NCBI GenBank assembly: GCA_963668625.2
Contig: CAXXKA010000010.1
Span: 160,001 to 224,000 of the forward strand
Direction of reading: 5' to 3'
DNA length: 64,000 nt
DNA from: an uncultured candidate division Zixibacteria bacterium
GTDB taxonomy: Bacteria > Zixibacteria > MSB-5A5 > UBA10806 > 4484-95
This document shows positions 1-9,644 of the stretch, in pieces. Every line of letters begins with the position of its first letter. Position 1 is the first letter of the stretch. Under the pieces are notes generated by a model. The model searched no databases. It was not told the DNA's origin and was given only the letters and a program-made list of their open reading frames with translations. The position numbers and the translations under genes are program-made.

Positions 1-3000
1 GAGCCGCAGTACATATTTAGCTTCCAGGTTCCGAACTGGCTGCTATCGGGTTGATCGGAGCAGCCATCGCCCCACCAGACATGATACCCGGTGGAGTCGG
101 CAACCGCGTTATCCTGGATTTCATCCTCGTTGGTGAAACAGATCGGTATAACGAAATCGGTCGGGTATTCGTCGGGCTCCAACTGGAACTCCAGGTAGAA
201 TATCGGTTCGGTTGGATCGATATCGCATAGCGGTCCGTGATATACCTGATTGTTCAGGTCGGCGATATAGGTCAGTTTGACCGTGCCCGGCCCGAAAGCA
301 TCAATGTGAATGTTGTGGTATTCCTCACCGAAATCGAGATTTGCGGCCGGGTAAACATCCACCAGGTTAAGTATTGAGGGATCCCAATCGATCGAGCTGG
401 ATATACTTCCCACACAAAGACAATCGTAGGTATCGAGATAAACTCCGACCAATCCGGTCATGCCGGGCATTACGTATACGTTCTCATCCAAATGCATGTC
501 GATATAACCGAGCACGGTTACCTCGTACACCATCAGTACGTCATCTATACATAAGCCGTCATCACACTCGATAACTATTTCGTACTGGTTATGCTCATCG
601 CAATCGTAGTCCTCGGTGTAGAAACAGTAGAGTCCGAGCCAGTGGCCGGGTTCATCTATTATCGGTATCAGGCCGCCGTAATTGGTGGTCATCTCTATCA
701 TGTCGCCGTCGGCATCGATAACCTCGATCGTATCGCAGAAATCCTCGTACACGCACACGGAGGTTGTGTCGCTAAGAGGTCTGACTATCTCCGGACAGGT
801 GTTCAGGATTATCGTGATCTCGGTAGTACATTGTTCGTACAGGCCGCATTCATCGGTTACTGTCAGCGTAATCGTGTTCAAACCCTCGACAGGTGTGAAA
901 CAGACCTCGGTTCCAGTAAGCGTACCGTTATCGACAACGGCGCTCTGTATATTATCATCAGCATCGGCATAGATAAATCCATCAACGCAGAGCTCTGTCA
1001 GCTCGCCCACCTGAATCACCGTATCGTTCGGGCAGATAACGGTAGGCGCGCTGTTAAGTGATATATTTACCTCGGTGAAACACTGATCGGCCTCGCCGCA
1101 GGCATCGGTAACTGTCATCGTTATCGTATTAATGCCTATCGCCGGTGTGAAACACACCTGGCTGCCAGTCAACGTACCGCCGGCAACTGTAACATCGGTG
1201 ATATTGTCATCGATATCAGTAGCAACGAATCCATCGAGGCAGATATCGTTAAGATCGCAAATCAGCATATCGAGATTACCGGGGCAGGTTGCCACAGGCG
1301 GCGTGTTCAGCGTAACCGTGATATCGGTCTGGCACTGGTTAACCTCGCCGCAAGCATCGGTAACCGCCAATGTGATAGTGTTAACACCCTCAACCGGCGT
1401 GAAACAAACCTCGGTGCCGGTTAGTGTACCGCCTGTCACCGTCACATCGGTAATATTGTCATCGGCGTCGCTGTAGCTGAATCCGTCTATGCAGATCTCG
1501 GAAAGATCGCACACCGACAGGTCTTCATCACCGGGACAGTTAACCACAGGTTGGGAGTTGAGAGCCACCGTAATCTCGGTAACACAGACATCCTGTTCAC
1601 CACAGGCATCGGTAACCGTTGCCGTGATAGTGTTTACGCCCTCAATCGGCGTGAAACAGACCTGACTGCCGGCAAGCGTGCCACCATCGATATCTATACT
1701 GGTTATGTTATCATCAGGATCGGTAAACGAGAACCCGTCAACGCATATCTCGGATAAATCGCAGACCAGGATCGCGTTATCGCCGGGACATGTCGCTACA
1801 GGCGGGTTGTTTAACGATATCGTGATATTAGTCGTGCACTGGTCTGTCTGGCCACAGGCATCGGTTACAGTCAGGGTGATAGTGTTGACACCCTCAACCG
1901 GCGTGAAACAAACCTCGGTACCGGTTAACGTTCCGCCTGTCACCGTCACATCGGTGATATTGTCATCGGCGTCGCTGTAGCTGAATCCATCAAGACATAT
2001 CTCCGACAGGTCGCAGACAGTCATCTGGTCATCACCGGGACAGCTTACGACCGGCACATCATTGAGATTAACCGTGATATTAGTAGTACACTGGTCTGTC
2101 TGGCCACAGGCATCGGTTACAGTCAATGTGATAGTGTTAACACCCTCAACCGGCGTGAAACAGACTTGGCTGCCGGCTAGAGTACCGCCGGTCACCGTCA
2201 CATCGGTGATATTGTCATCGACATCGCTGTAGCTGAATCCATCAAGGCATATCTCCGACAGGTCGCAGACAGTCATCTGCTGATCACCGGGGCAGGCAAC
2301 TACGGGTGCGTGATTGAACGCCACCGTTATATTGGTGGTGCACTGATCTGTCTGGCCACAGGCGTCGGTAACCTCAAGGGTGATAGTGTTGACACCCTCG
2401 ACCGGTGTGAAACAAACCTCGGTGCCGGTTAGTGTACCGCCTGTCACCGTCACATCGGTGATATTGTCATCGGCGTCGCTGTAGCTGAATCCGTCGAGGC
2501 ATATCTCGCCGGTGCTGCAAAGCAGGGTGTCGATATCGCCGGGACAGCTAACTACAGGAGCGTCGTTTAAGTCTATTGTTATGTTTGTCGTGCACTGGTC
2601 TGTCTGGCCACAGGCATCGGTTACAGTCAATGTGATAGTGTTGACACCCTCAACCGGCGTGAAACAAACCTCGGTGCCGGTTAACGTTCCGCCTGTCACC
2701 GTCACATCGGTGATATTGTCATCGGCGTCGCTGTAGCTGAATCCATCAAGACATATCTCCGACAGGTCGCAGACAGTCATCTGGTCATCACCGGGACAGC
2801 TTACGACCGGCGCATCATTGAGATTAACCGTGATATTAGTAGTACACTGGTCTGTCTGACCACAGGCATCGGTTACAGTCAGGGTGATAGTGTTAACACC
2901 CTCAACCGGTGTGAAACAAACCTCGGTGCCGGTTAGTGTACCGCCTGTCACCGTCACATCGGTGATATTGTCATCGACATCGCTGTAGCTGAATCCGTCT

Positions 3001-6000
3001 ATGCAGATCTCGGACAGGTCGCAGACAGTCATCTGCTGATCACCGGGGCAGGCAACTACGGGCGCGTGATTGAACGCCACCGTTATATTGGTAGTGCACT
3101 GATCTGTTTGGCCACAGGCGTCGGTAACCTCAAGGGTGATAGTGTTGACACCCTCGACCGGTGTGAAACAAACCTCGGTGCCGGTTAGTGTACCGCCTGT
3201 CACCGTCACATCGGTGATATTGTCGTCAGCGTCGTTGTAGCTGAATCCGTCGAGGCATATCTCGCCGGTGCTGCAAAGCAGGGTGTCGATATCGCCGGGA
3301 CAGCTAACTACAGGAGCGTCGTTTAAGTCTATTGTTATGTTTGTCGTGCACTGGTCTGTCTGACCACAGGCATCGGTTACAGTCAATGTGATAGTGTTGA
3401 CACCCTCAACCGGCGTGAAACAAACCTCGGTACCGGTTAACGTTCCACCGGTAACCGTCACATCGGTGATATTGTCATCGGCGTCGCTGTAGCTGAATCC
3501 GTCTATGCATATCTCCGACAGGTCGCAGACAGTCATCTGCTGATCACCGGGGCAGGCAACTACGGGTGCGTGATTGAACGCCACCGTGATATTGGTAGTG
3601 CACTGATCTGTCTGGCCACAGGCATCGGTAACCTCAAGGGTGATAGTATTAACACCCTCAACCGGCGTGAAACAAACCTCGGTACCGGTAAGTGTACCGC
3701 CTGTCACCGTCACATCGGTTATATTGTCATCGACATCGCTGTAGCTGAATCCGTCTATGCATATCTCCGACAGGTCGCAGACAGTCATCTGCTGATCACC
3801 GGGGCAGGCAACTACGGGTGCGTGATTGAACGCCACCGTGATATTGGCAGTGCACTGATCTGTCTGGCCACAGGCGTCGGTAACCTCAAGGGTGATAGTG
3901 TTGACACCCTCGACCGGTGTGAAACAAACCTCGGTACCGGTAAGTGTTCCGCCGGTGACCGTTACATCGGTGATATTGTCATCGGCGTCGCTGTAGCTGA
4001 ATCCGTCGAGGCATATCTCGCCGGGCTCGCACAGGAATATGGAGGTATCACCGGGACAGCTTACCGTTGGATTGCTGTTAAGCTCGACAGTAATGTTAGT
4101 CGCGCACTGTGATATCTCGCCGCAGCCATCGGTGACCGTGAACGTGATAGTATTCAAACCCTCAACCGGCGTGAAACAGACCTCGGTACCGCTAAGCGTA
4201 CCCAGGTCAACAACGGCCGAGGTTATATTGTCGTTAGCATCATAAGCCACGAAACCGTCCAGGCAGATATCGCCACCGGGCTCGCACAGGAAAATAGTGG
4301 TATCGCCGGGGCAACTTGCCTGAGGTGGGACATTGAGGCCGACATTGACTACGGTCTGGCATTGAGCGGTATCTCCGCAAGCATCCACTACCGTGTAGAC
4401 TATCGTATTAATGCCGGCTGCCGGCGTGAAGCAAACCGTACCGCCGCTTAACGTGCCCAGGCTGACAGTCTCGCTTACTATGTTATCATCATCATCGCTG
4501 GAGCTGAAACCGGTCAGGCAGATATTCGAGCCGGTATCGCACAGGAACAAAGCCGTATCACCGGGGCAGGTCGCCGTAGGCGGGGTGTTAACGAACACAT
4601 CGACCGTGGTAATAGAGGTATCGGCCTCACCGCAATCATCAACTGCGATCAGCATCAGCTCGTTTAAGCCCTCCACCGGTGTGAAACAAATCTCGGTACC
4701 GCTTAATGTACCGCCGACCGCCGTACAGGAGGCCAGGTTGTTATCCGGGTCGCTGCAGTAGAAACCGTCGATACAGATATCCTCGAGATCACAGAGGAAC
4801 ACCGTAGTATCGGCGAATACGCCGGGCTTGCTGCCATCGAACGGGCCGTGCGCCACCGGCGGGCTGTTTAGTACAATATCGATATTGGTGTAGCAGGTGT
4901 CCGCCACTCCGCATTCATCCGTGACAATGAGCGTAATAGTCTTGGTCGGACCCTCAGGGATGAAACAGACCGTGTCCTCGTGAATCTCGCAGCCGATTAT
5001 CTGCACCGATTCTATATTATCATCCAGATCGGAATAAGTGAATCCGGGGATACAAATCTCGGAGTAATCGCAAACGAAAATCGAGGTATCGCCGGGGCAA
5101 TTCACCTCAGGAGCGTGATTATAGTTCAAAGTAATGTTTGTTTCGCAAGTATCCGAGGCCCCGCAGGCATCGGTTACGATATACGTAATAGTCTTATTCG
5201 GCCCCTCCGGGGTAAAACAGACAGTGTCCTGGTGAAGCTCACAGCCTATCACCTGAACACCGGTTACGTTATCATCGGGGTCGGAATAGTTGAAACCGGG
5301 GATGCATATATCCTCGGTATCATCACAGACAAATAAAGTCTGGTCGCCGGGACAGATCGCGGTCGGCGGAGTGTTGAGCTCTACTGTCACTACTGTCTGG
5401 CTGGTATCGGAATCACCGCTGGTATCGGTGGCAATGAGTGTAATCGTGTATGCTCCGGCCGAGGTGGGCGTGAAACATACCGAACCGCCGCTTAACGTTC
5501 CCGGGGAAACCTCGCAGGATTCCAGGTTACCGTCAACATCCGAACAACTGAAACCGGGTATACATATCTCGCCCAGTTCGCAAACGAACAGGGTGGTGTC
5601 ACCGGGGCATTCCGCAACCGGGGGATTATTGCAGTATACGCCCAGTATCATATCGTTATGATCCCAGTTGGCCGAGGTATGATCGTCGTCGATATAGATG
5701 AGATAGTCGAAATCCCCCGAGGTAGTGTAATCCTCGGAGGGGCAGATAAACTCGTAAGTCGAGTTATTGCCTTTATAACCTCTAACATCGTAAACCATAA
5801 ACCACTGATGTTCATTGGCGAACGAGTTCCTCGTTAAGAACCTCTCCGAAAATAAATAGGAATCGTTGCCGTTGAAAACCTGATCGTTGTTCGTATCATT
5901 CAAAAGCCAGAGGCCGATCGAATCACCTCCGGGAATATTCGTAGTGAATGTATAACCTTCGGAGTCAGGGCCCCAGAATACCGTGCTCTGGTTCGTTCCG

Positions 6001-6842
6001 GTACCCGGATCGGTGTAATAACCCAGCATGTTTACATTCAACCAGTTGGTGTATTCTTTCAGAAGAGTCCAGGTCTGCCGGCTGTCACATAGCGATAAAA
6101 GTACATCGTTATGGTCATTGGCCATCGGCTCGATCTGCACGTCATCGACAAGCAGGTGCGGCCCGACCGTGGTTATGACATCCTCGTTAACCTCCCGGTC
6201 GCCGTCATACGCCTTGGAAAATATCGGCTGTCCGTTTTCGCCGATTATCATTTTCGGGAAAGCGTTGTTCATCAAGCTCTGCGCATCCGCCGCCTGATTA
6301 AAATAACCGGAAATATCATCATTTGAATCGAAATAAAAATCATTATCATTGTCAGCAAAAGCCCTTACCAGAGCCTCGCCCTCGAAACCTTCGATAGTCA
6401 TGGTTTTCGAGTAATAATCGATACCATCATACCGGAAAGCGTATTCCCAGTCGGTTCGATCGACTTTGCCTAAGTTCCAGAGATAGTATGGCGCGCTAAA
6501 GCCCTCAGCCAGTATCGCGTCTCCGCTTTCCTGTATTCTTTGTGATACTTTTCCGTTCACCAGCGCCTTGGCGCCTTTTTCGCCGGAAAGCGCCAGTACT
6601 ATATCATTGGCGCCAGAGATACTCTCGGAGGCGAAAACGGTTACTTCGGATGATCCATTCAGAACATCGGTGATAAAGAATTGTGAGTTTTCCAGGGATG
6701 AGCTCGTGGTTTCATTTACACCTACCAAAAGATCAACCGAACCGAAAGCGAATGAGGATAAGGAAAGAGTAAGAGTAAAAGCGCCAATCATTCTGGAGAG
6801 GCTAGAATGATTGAGGCTCTTGAAAAATCGTAACAAGTTCAT
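1..6842 (-). CDS. Giant secreted Cys-rich repeat protein (>2,280 aa, 3'-truncated by window edge): N-terminal region with DUF4114-like motif, 19 repeats of about 84 aa, cohesin-like C-terminal region
   Basis: ATG at 6842 preceded by GGGGGAATTC. N-terminus MNLLRFFKSLNHSSLSRMIGAFTLTLSLSSFAFG resembles a signal peptide. The same frame was open in every segment I translated, including positions 3-62 (...WGDGCSDQPDSSQFGTWKLNMYCG). Motif YLIYIDDDHTSANWDHNDMILGV near 5640-5710. Absent from the ORF track because its stop lies outside the window. Confidence 0.9.
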   Translation of the reverse strand, partial: MNLLRFFKSLNHSSLSRMIGAFTLTLSLSSFAFGSVDLLVGVNETTSSSLENSQFFITDVLNGSSEVTVFASESISGANDIVLALSGEKGAKALVNGKVSQRIQESGDAILAEGFSAPYYLWNLGKVDRTDWEYAFRYDGIDYYSKTMTIEGFEGEALVRAFADNDNDFYFDSNDDISGYFNQAADAQSLMNNAFPKMIIGENGQPIFSKAYDGDREVNEDVITTVGPHLLVDDVQIEPMANDHNDVLLSLCDSRQTWTLLKEYTNWLNVNMLGYYTDPGTGTNQSTVFWGPDSEGYTFTTNIPGGDSIGLWLLNDTNNDQVFNGNDSYLFSERFLTRNSFANEHQWFMVYDVRGYKGNNSTYEFICPSEDYTTSGDFDYLIYIDDDHTSANWDHNDMILGVYCNNPPVAECPGDTTLFVCELGEICIPGFSCSDVDGNLESCEVSPGTLSGGSVCFTPTSAGAYTITLIATDTSGDSDTSQTVVTVELNTPPTAICPGDQTLFVCDDTEDICIPGFNYSDPDDNVTGVQVIGCELHQDTVCFTPEGPNKTITYIVTDACGASDTCETNITLNYNHAPEVNCPGDTSIFVCDYSEICIPGFTYSDLDDNIESVQIIGCEIHEDTVCFIPEGPTKTITLIVTDECGVADTCYTNIDIVLNSPPVAHGPFDGSKPGVFADTTVFLCDLEDICIDGFYCSDPDNNLASCTAVGGTLSGTEICFTPVEGLNELMLIAVDDCGEADTSITTVDVFVNTPPTATCPGDTALFLCDTGSNICLTGFSSSDDDDNIVSETVSLGTLSGGTVCFTPAAGINTIVYTVVDACGDTAQCQTVVNVGLNVPPQASCPGDTTIFLCEPGGDICLDGFVAYDANDNITSAVVDLGTLSGTEVCFTPVEGLNTITFTVTDGCGEISQCATNITVELNSNPTVSCPGDTSIFLCEPGEICLDGFSYSDADDNITDVTVTGGTLTGTEVCFTPVEGVNTITLEVTDACGQTDQCTANITVAFNHAPVVACPGDQQMTVCDLSEICIDGFSYSDVDDNITDVTVTGGTLTGTEVCFTPVEGVNTITLEVTDACGQTDQCTTNITVAFNHAPVVACPGDQQMTVCDLSEICIDGFSYSDADDNITDVTVTGGTLTGTEVCFTPVEGVNTITLTVTDACGQTDQCTTNITIDLNDAPVVSCPGDIDTLLCSTGEICLDGFSYNDADDNITDVTVTGGTLTGTEVCFTPVEGVNTITLEVTDACGQTDQCTTNITVAFNHAPVVACPGDQQMTVCDLSEICIDGFSYSDVDDNITDVTVTGGTLTGTEVCFTPVEGVNTITLTVTDACGQTDQCTTNITVNLNDAPVVSCPGDDQMTVCDLSEICLDGFSYSDADDNITDVTVTGGTLTGTEVCFTPVEGVNTITLTVTDACGQTDQCTTNITIDLNDAPVVSCPGDIDTLLCSTGEICLDGFSYSDADDNITDVTVTGGTLTGTEVCFTPVEGVNTITLEVTDACGQTDQCTTNITVAFNHAPVVACPGDQQMTVCDLSEICLDGFSYSDVDDNITDVTVTGGTLAGSQVCFTPVEGVNTITLTVTDACGQTDQCTTNITVNLNDVPVVSCPGDDQMTVCDLSEICLDGFSYSDADDNITDVTVTGGTLTGTEVCFTPVEGVNTITLTVTDACGQTDQCTTNITISLNNPPVATCPGDNAILVCDLSEICVDGFSFTDPDDNITSIDIDGGTLAGSQVCFTPIEGVNTITATVTDACGEQDVCVTEITVALNSQPVVNCPGDEDLSVCDLSEICIDGFSYSDADDNITDVTVTGGTLTGTEVCFTPVEGVNTITLAVTDACGEVNQCQTDITVTLNTPPVATCPGNLDMLICDLNDICLDGFVATDIDDNITDVTVAGGTLTGSQVCFTPAIGINTITMTVTDACGEADQCFTEVNISLNSAPTVICPNDTVIQVGELTELCVDGFIYADADDNIQSAVVDNGTLTGTEVCFTPVEGLNTITLTVTDECGLYEQCTTEITIILNTCPEIVRPLSDTTSVCVYEDFCDTIEVIDADGDMIEMTTNYGGLIPIIDEPGHWLGLYCFYTEDYDCDEHNQYEIVIECDDGLCIDDVLMVYEVTVLGYIDMHLDENVYVMPGMTGLVGVYLDTYDCLCVGSISSSIDWDPSILNLVDVYPAANLDFGEEYHNIHIDAFGPGTVKLTYIADLNNQVYHGPLCDIDPTEPIFYLEFQLEPDEYPTDFVIPICFTNEDEIQDNAVADSTGYHVWWGDGCSDQPDSSQFGTWKLNMYCG
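780..5630 (-). repeat. Intragenic tandem repeat, 252-bp (84-aa) unit, 19 copies, with 756-bp higher-order duplication
   Basis: CF(T/I)P codons recur 19 times from about 897 to 5472, mostly 252 bp apart. Consensus NHAPVVACPGDQQMTVCDLSEICIDGFSYSDADDNITDVTVTGGTLTGTEVCFTPVEGVNTITLEVTDACGQTDQCTTNITVAF. Near-identical blocks at 2001/2757, 2253/3009 and 2505/3261. Confidence 0.95.
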
Positions 6843-7003
6843 GAATTCCCCCAGTGGAATGTTTGAACAACTCAGTTAACGGTTTAGTAATGGTTATACA
6901 AATGTTATTTTTACAGAATAATGCTTGGGGAAGCCGGTTGACCGACCTGACTGATTTCCTGAAGAACCCCAAGAAGTTAAGCGACTAATTTACACTCATT
7001 TAG

Positions 7004-7032
7004 AATATAAACACGGCAATCATGCTTGTCAA
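7004..7032 (-). promoter_or_regulatory. Sigma70-type promoter for the giant repeat protein
   Basis: Minus strand TTGACA (7032-7027), 17 nt, TATATT (7009-7004). Confidence 0.65.
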
Positions 7033-7055
7033 GTATATTTTTAGTTTTCCGATAA
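7029..7055 (+). promoter_or_regulatory. Sigma28 (FliA/WhiG)-like promoter
   Basis: TCAA-N15-TCCGATAA, 8 nt upstream of ATG 7064. Confidence 0.45.
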
Positions 7056-7063
7056 CAAAAAAT

Positions 7064-7273
7064 ATGACAGTAGACTTTAGTTTAATATTAAATAATGCGG
7101 TCATTTCCGGGCGAAATATCGAATACCTGGAACTGAAATGGCAGGAAGAACTTTCGCCAAAACAGTTAGCCGGACGGTTCGATAAATGGCTTTATGATGA
7201 TGAGTTTATCTCTGAAAGTATGCCTGATTTGCTATCGGCCGGGAGATGTCTTCTAACTATAAATCCGCTATAA
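7064..7273 (+). CDS. Small hypothetical protein (69 aa), possibly leaderless
   Basis: MTVDFSLILNNAVISGRNIEYLELKWQEELS...TINPL fills an otherwise empty gap, directly behind a sigma28-like promoter. The ORF track uses an upstream start at 7022. Confidence 0.5.
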   Translation: MTVDFSLILNNAVISGRNIEYLELKWQEELSPKQLAGRFDKWLYDDEFISESMPDLLSAGRCLLTINPL

Positions 7274-8443
7274 GTTTTCTATTGATAAAGCGATCCGAAG
7301 CGGTCTGGATTGCACGATATTAAGCCTTTCGAAAAGCTCCTGAACTTGTTTTATGGCTTTTGAGGATTCCTCATTTGATCTTATCAAGTATATGCCCTTA
7401 TTGGACTTGGAGAAATCGCTGGCGTTTTTTATCAGACCGTTTATCAGCTCTGCTTCCTCCAAGCCGGTAAAATCTATTACCGTATTAAAGTCCCTGATTT
7501 TCAGCCCCTTTATATATGCCAGCGAATCGGCATAAACCGGACTGGAGCCTAACTTTATGTAAGCCAGACGGTAATACTCTATTTGTTCCATCACAAGCTT
7601 AATCAAATCCCTGTCAGCCACAGCGTTGCTATCTGAGAAAAAATAGATACCGTCAAGTGTGGGAAATACACCGAATACCGCCCGTAAGTTACTGGCGGAA
7701 AATTCTATATCATCGATGTTTTTGGCCATTCGGTGAGCTTTTAAAATTAACTCCCAACTGTCTCGATCAGCGGGGATTTCCAATATGCACTGGCCCCGGC
7801 TGTTGGATAACGCTTTACTGATTTTATCACCGGGAATCTGATCGGGCTTGAGAATAAAACCGAACGGGATATCCATCCAGATAAGTTCTAATGCGTTTTC
7901 GATTTTGTAGTCGGCAAAATTATCGAATAAGAAGGCGATCGAGGACATCTCCGGTTGTGCCTGACGGCTCGATTTTAGAAGTATCTCTCCCAGCGTATCG
8001 GCCGATTGTGAATGGATCAGGTAAACCAGAAGTCTGTCAGCGTTATCGAGTTCTCCCGAGGTTATCGCCAAATTGTCGAATCCGGCCGAGTTTTGTTTCA
8101 GAACCGTATTGAACCATATGAACGGAAACTCCTCCGGCCAGATAGTCTTGAAACAGGGATGATTGGTTTTAATATTATGATAATCGAATAATGCTTTTTC
8201 TATTTCAATATCAAAAAGTCTGTGATCGTTTAGGGTTTTTCGTATAAGCGAGGCGATCTCAGATTCGGAAATTACTTTCTCGCCGGTGGATATCATACCG
8301 TATCTGACCAGTAAACTTTCGATATTATCATAATATTCATATAAGCATAACGAGACCGCTATGATCAATAACACCAGTACTATGATCGTTCCCCGATGGG
8401 ATTTGAATTGTTTGCGGGTATCTCGCTTTATCCAGGTCTCCAT
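7268..8443 (-). CDS. Membrane-anchored protein, divergent polysaccharide deacetylase (YibQ/DUF610)-like
   Basis: N-terminal TM helix. C-terminal half SIAFLFDNF...IPFGFILKP...CILEIP resembles the DUF610 pattern, with the metal-binding residues degenerate. Confidence 0.5.
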   Translation of the reverse strand: METWIKRDTRKQFKSHRGTIIVLVLLIIAVSLCLYEYYDNIESLLVRYGMISTGEKVISESEIASLIRKTLNDHRLFDIEIEKALFDYHNIKTNHPCFKTIWPEEFPFIWFNTVLKQNSAGFDNLAITSGELDNADRLLVYLIHSQSADTLGEILLKSSRQAQPEMSSIAFLFDNFADYKIENALELIWMDIPFGFILKPDQIPGDKISKALSNSRGQCILEIPADRDSWELILKAHRMAKNIDDIEFSASNLRAVFGVFPTLDGIYFFSDSNAVADRDLIKLVMEQIEYYRLAYIKLGSSPVYADSLAYIKGLKIRDFNTVIDFTGLEEAELINGLIKNASDFSKSNKGIYLIRSNEESSKAIKQVQELFERLNIVQSRPLRIALSIENL

Positions 8444-8445
8444 AA

Positions 8446-9042
8446 TTATCTGGCTATCGACTGATCCTCCCAGACTCTTACTCTCATCACTTCATCCTCC
8501 AGACGTCTCAATTTAAACACGGCCCAGCCATTGGCCTCGTACTGGGCGTAATTGTAATTCCCGGTTATATCGCGAAGAGAGAGGTAGAAATTGACATTCC
8601 AGACCTCCCAGACCTCGCCGGGATGATCGGGGTGGGTATCGGGTTCCGGTGTCGATCTAAGCGGTATCCAGGTATCCAGACGGATCTCATCGAATGTCTC
8701 GAATAACCGTCGGGTGCGATACAGGTCGCCCGATAAACCATCCCGGGGTATCTCCACTATCTCGATATCCCCGTAACGATCCTGGTCTATATAGATGAAA
8801 ATGAAGTTTTCATCAAGACAGTTTTCATAAACATCAATATCGTTGTTCTCGTAGGCGTACTTGAAATTTGTCATCACGTTGTAAGCGGCCGTCGAATCAT
8901 CAGCAACTTTTTGCGATAGTATAGGAGCTAAAAACTTGGTTTCGGCCTGTGTCGGGGCAAACGGATTAAAACAGGATAAGCAGATCGCAGAACATCCGGC
9001 CAATATCAAAACCACAACTATTTTAACCCGATTAATCATCAA
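8446..9042 (-). CDS. Putative lipoprotein, NTF2/SnoaL-like
   Basis: Signal ending in ICLSCFNPF; NFKYAYENNDIDVYENCLDENFIF. Paralogous to 9039-9644. Confidence 0.7.
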   Translation of the reverse strand: MMINRVKIVVVLILAGCSAICLSCFNPFAPTQAETKFLAPILSQKVADDSTAAYNVMTNFKYAYENNDIDVYENCLDENFIFIYIDQDRYGDIEIVEIPRDGLSGDLYRTRRLFETFDEIRLDTWIPLRSTPEPDTHPDHPGEVWEVWNVNFYLSLRDITGNYNYAQYEANGWAVFKLRRLEDEVMRVRVWEDQSIAR

Positions 9043-9644
9043 TTGCGATACTCCGCCTTCAAATCCGCCCAGTTGTCGTTAGAACCACTTACCGGTATTT
9101 CGCTCCACAGGTACAGGCTCCACCAGTTAAACATCGAACGACTGGCGCTGAATGAGGCTAATCCCTCGATAATGGTTGTATCCGCACTGAGCGAATCGAC
9201 ATCGATAATCCTGACAATGTAATCACGATACATCACTGCCAGCGAATCTCCGATACTGTCGGGGTTGTCTGTCGATGTGCTCAAGATCAAGTCGAGGCTT
9301 CGGCTTTCCGCAGCGAACGAACTGAACATGTTCTCCGTCGAGGAGACCTCGGCCGCCTTATCCCAGAAACGATACAAGTAACCGTTACCCTCACCCTCGG
9401 CCTCGATCGAATCCTGGGGAGAGGAAAACCTGAACTCATCGGATAAGCACAACTGGTAGTTTTGTATATTCATCTCACTAACCGCGAACATGAAATTCAA
9501 TAGCACGACCTCCGGTGTTGCCGGTGTCTCCCAGGTACCGCTGGAACCGGCCGGCGCCTGGGCGTCGCGAGTGCCAAACGGGTTTTTCAAACAGGCCGTT
9601 ATCGAGACCATCGCGATTAATATCATTAAAAAATATTTTTTCAA
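9039..9644 (-). CDS. Putative lipoprotein, NTF2/SnoaL-like
   Basis: Lipobox ITAC-LKNPF; TPEVVLLNFMFAVSEMNIQNYQLCLSDEFRF. 4-nt overlaps with both neighbours. Confidence 0.7.
   Translation of the reverse strand: MKKYFLMILIAMVSITACLKNPFGTRDAQAPAGSSGTWETPATPEVVLLNFMFAVSEMNIQNYQLCLSDEFRFSSPQDSIEAEGEGNGYLYRFWDKAAEVSSTENMFSSFAAESRSLDLILSTSTDNPDSIGDSLAVMYRDYIVRIIDVDSLSADTTIIEGLASFSASRSMFNWWSLYLWSEIPVSGSNDNWADLKAEYRN

Noticed and set aside
374-6810. About twenty plus-strand ORFs in the track
   Set aside because: They are antisense shadows of the giant minus-strand repeat gene and repeat with its period.
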